Source: Trichoplax sp. H2
Lineage: Eukaryota
Assembly (NCBI GenBank): GCA_003344405.1
Contig: NOWV01000122.1
Span: 1-64,000, forward strand
DNA: 64,000 bases
Direction of reading: 5' to 3'
The translations under genes and the position numbers were made by a program. Position 1 is the stretch's first letter, and every line of letters starts with the position of its first letter. The notes below the pieces were generated by a model. It made no database searches and was not told the DNA's origin. It saw only the letters and a program-made list of their open reading frames with translations. This document shows, piece after piece, positions 62,701-64,000 of the stretch.

Positions 62701-63842
62701 GTTTATGGACTCCTTGGCAGCCTGGAAATTGCATCTTAAACTTACGACCCATTAATAATCGTACCAGTGGTAAACCACAATGTCGTACTCGAAGAATCTT
62801 AAGGCAAACCAGGAAACGCTACGAATGTTTACAACCTAATTTATTATTTCAACAGCGCTATATCGATGAAGATCAATTCTCATGGGATGCTGGCTCATGG
62901 GCTACTTGTCGAACTTATCCGCGATCTCGTTGCGGTGATGGCTTACAATATCGTCCTATTTATTGCAAGAATCAAAATCAACAAATTGTTGCAACATCGT
63001 TATGCAAAACTAGACCACCTGAAGGAGTACGCGGTTGTCGAGAAGATTGCGATGTTGATTGTGCACTCTCACCATGGTCAGATTGGTCTTCTTGTTCAAA
63101 ATCATGCGGATTAAAAGGCATTTCAACACGCCATCGTAGCATTCTTTTCAATGCTACAGGTATTGGAAAAGCATGCCCATCCAGTCAGCAATTACAACAA
63201 CAGAAGTCTTGCAACATTCGCCCATGTGTAAATTATATCATAACTCGAAGTTCTTGGTCTGCATGTAAAACATCGCAACGTCAATGTGGTTATGGAAGAA
63301 AATCTAGGAGTATTACTTGCACACGTTATGACGGGAAGTATTTTGATCTCACCTATTGCCTTAATCAAAAGCTAACGCAATCTATGCAGGAGGTAAAGAA
63401 TTTTACCAAATTAAATGAACTCATTCAGTTTATGGACATTGACGTTGAAAGAAATTGCTATATTCCATGTAAGGATGATTGTGTTATGACCAGTTGGAGC
63501 TCATTTAGTCCTTGCTATCGTAATTGTAATAGAAATGATAGTCAACCACATCGTATAAGGGTTCGCCATGTCTTAAGGCCTAGCAGATATAATGGTCAGA
63601 AATGTCCTACAAACAATATCCAGATCATAAATTGCACTCAATCACAAGCACAATGTGCACAAGTTGAGTGGCAAACTAGTCCTTGGCAGAATGGAACAAG
63701 ACAAGTTTGGTGCCTAGATGTAAATACTGGATATAATGTCACAGGTTGTGATGAATTAACTAAACCTTCCACCAAAAAATCCTGTGACAGTAAATGTAAT
63801 GAACCTTATAAGGAATGCCAAGAAGGTCAATGTATATGTAAG
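59703..63842 (+). CDS. THSD7-like protein, copy 2: giant first coding exon; the gene continues beyond the window
   Basis: Signal peptide MSKCNSYWICFAILLHLVIISNA and TSP1 repeats collinear with copy 1 (DCSLTPWSAWSNCS vs DCSLSEWSAWSKCS; CGLKGISTRHRSILFNATGIGKACP vs CGLNGTITRQRYILYNATGNGRPCP). Donor TGTAAG|gtaaga after 63842, at the position homologous to the copy 1 intron. Confidence 0.9.
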
Positions 63843-64000
63843 GTAAGAAAGAATAATCATCTACTTGAGTTTTTTTTTCTACATTCTCACATTGAAGAGT
63901 TTAACCTTCATTAGTCATTTCACTTGCAAAGTTTAGCTGGCGATGCTCAATAGATCTGTAGAAGTGATTAATCTAGCATAAAGGAGTTACTTCCAATGCT

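Noticed and set aside
50336-63114. Numerous short ORFs overlapping the two THSD7-like genes
   Set aside because: Alternative-frame or antisense by-products with no recognisable motifs.

Overview
AT-rich, intron-containing eukaryotic (animal) genomic DNA. Gene content, short introns and base composition suggest a basal metazoan, most likely a placozoan such as Trichoplax; this is inferred, not verified. From left to right: (1) the 5' end of a TPR gene running off the left edge; (2) its complete tandem paralog, which splices into one ~1187-aa TPR-Roc GTPase-COR-Cys4-death domain protein (kinase-less Roco with an NLR-like sensor/switch/effector layout); (3) a decayed array of 72-nt one-LRR-per-exon cassettes; (4) B4GAT1; (5) AATF/BFR2; (6) a 5x146-bp tandem repeat; (7) ~11 kb with no recognisable coding sequence; (8) an EPS8 homolog with an extra polyproline-WH2 module and a long Q/N-rich tail; (9) a MITE-like inverted repeat; (10) BET1; (11) two head-to-head THSD7-like thrombospondin-repeat genes whose ectodomains are mostly encoded in single ~4-kb exons. 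Exon structures were inferred by eye from GT-AG sites and frame continuity. The most interesting element is the tandem TPR-Roco-death domain locus, a candidate innate-immune/cell-death receptor cluster.
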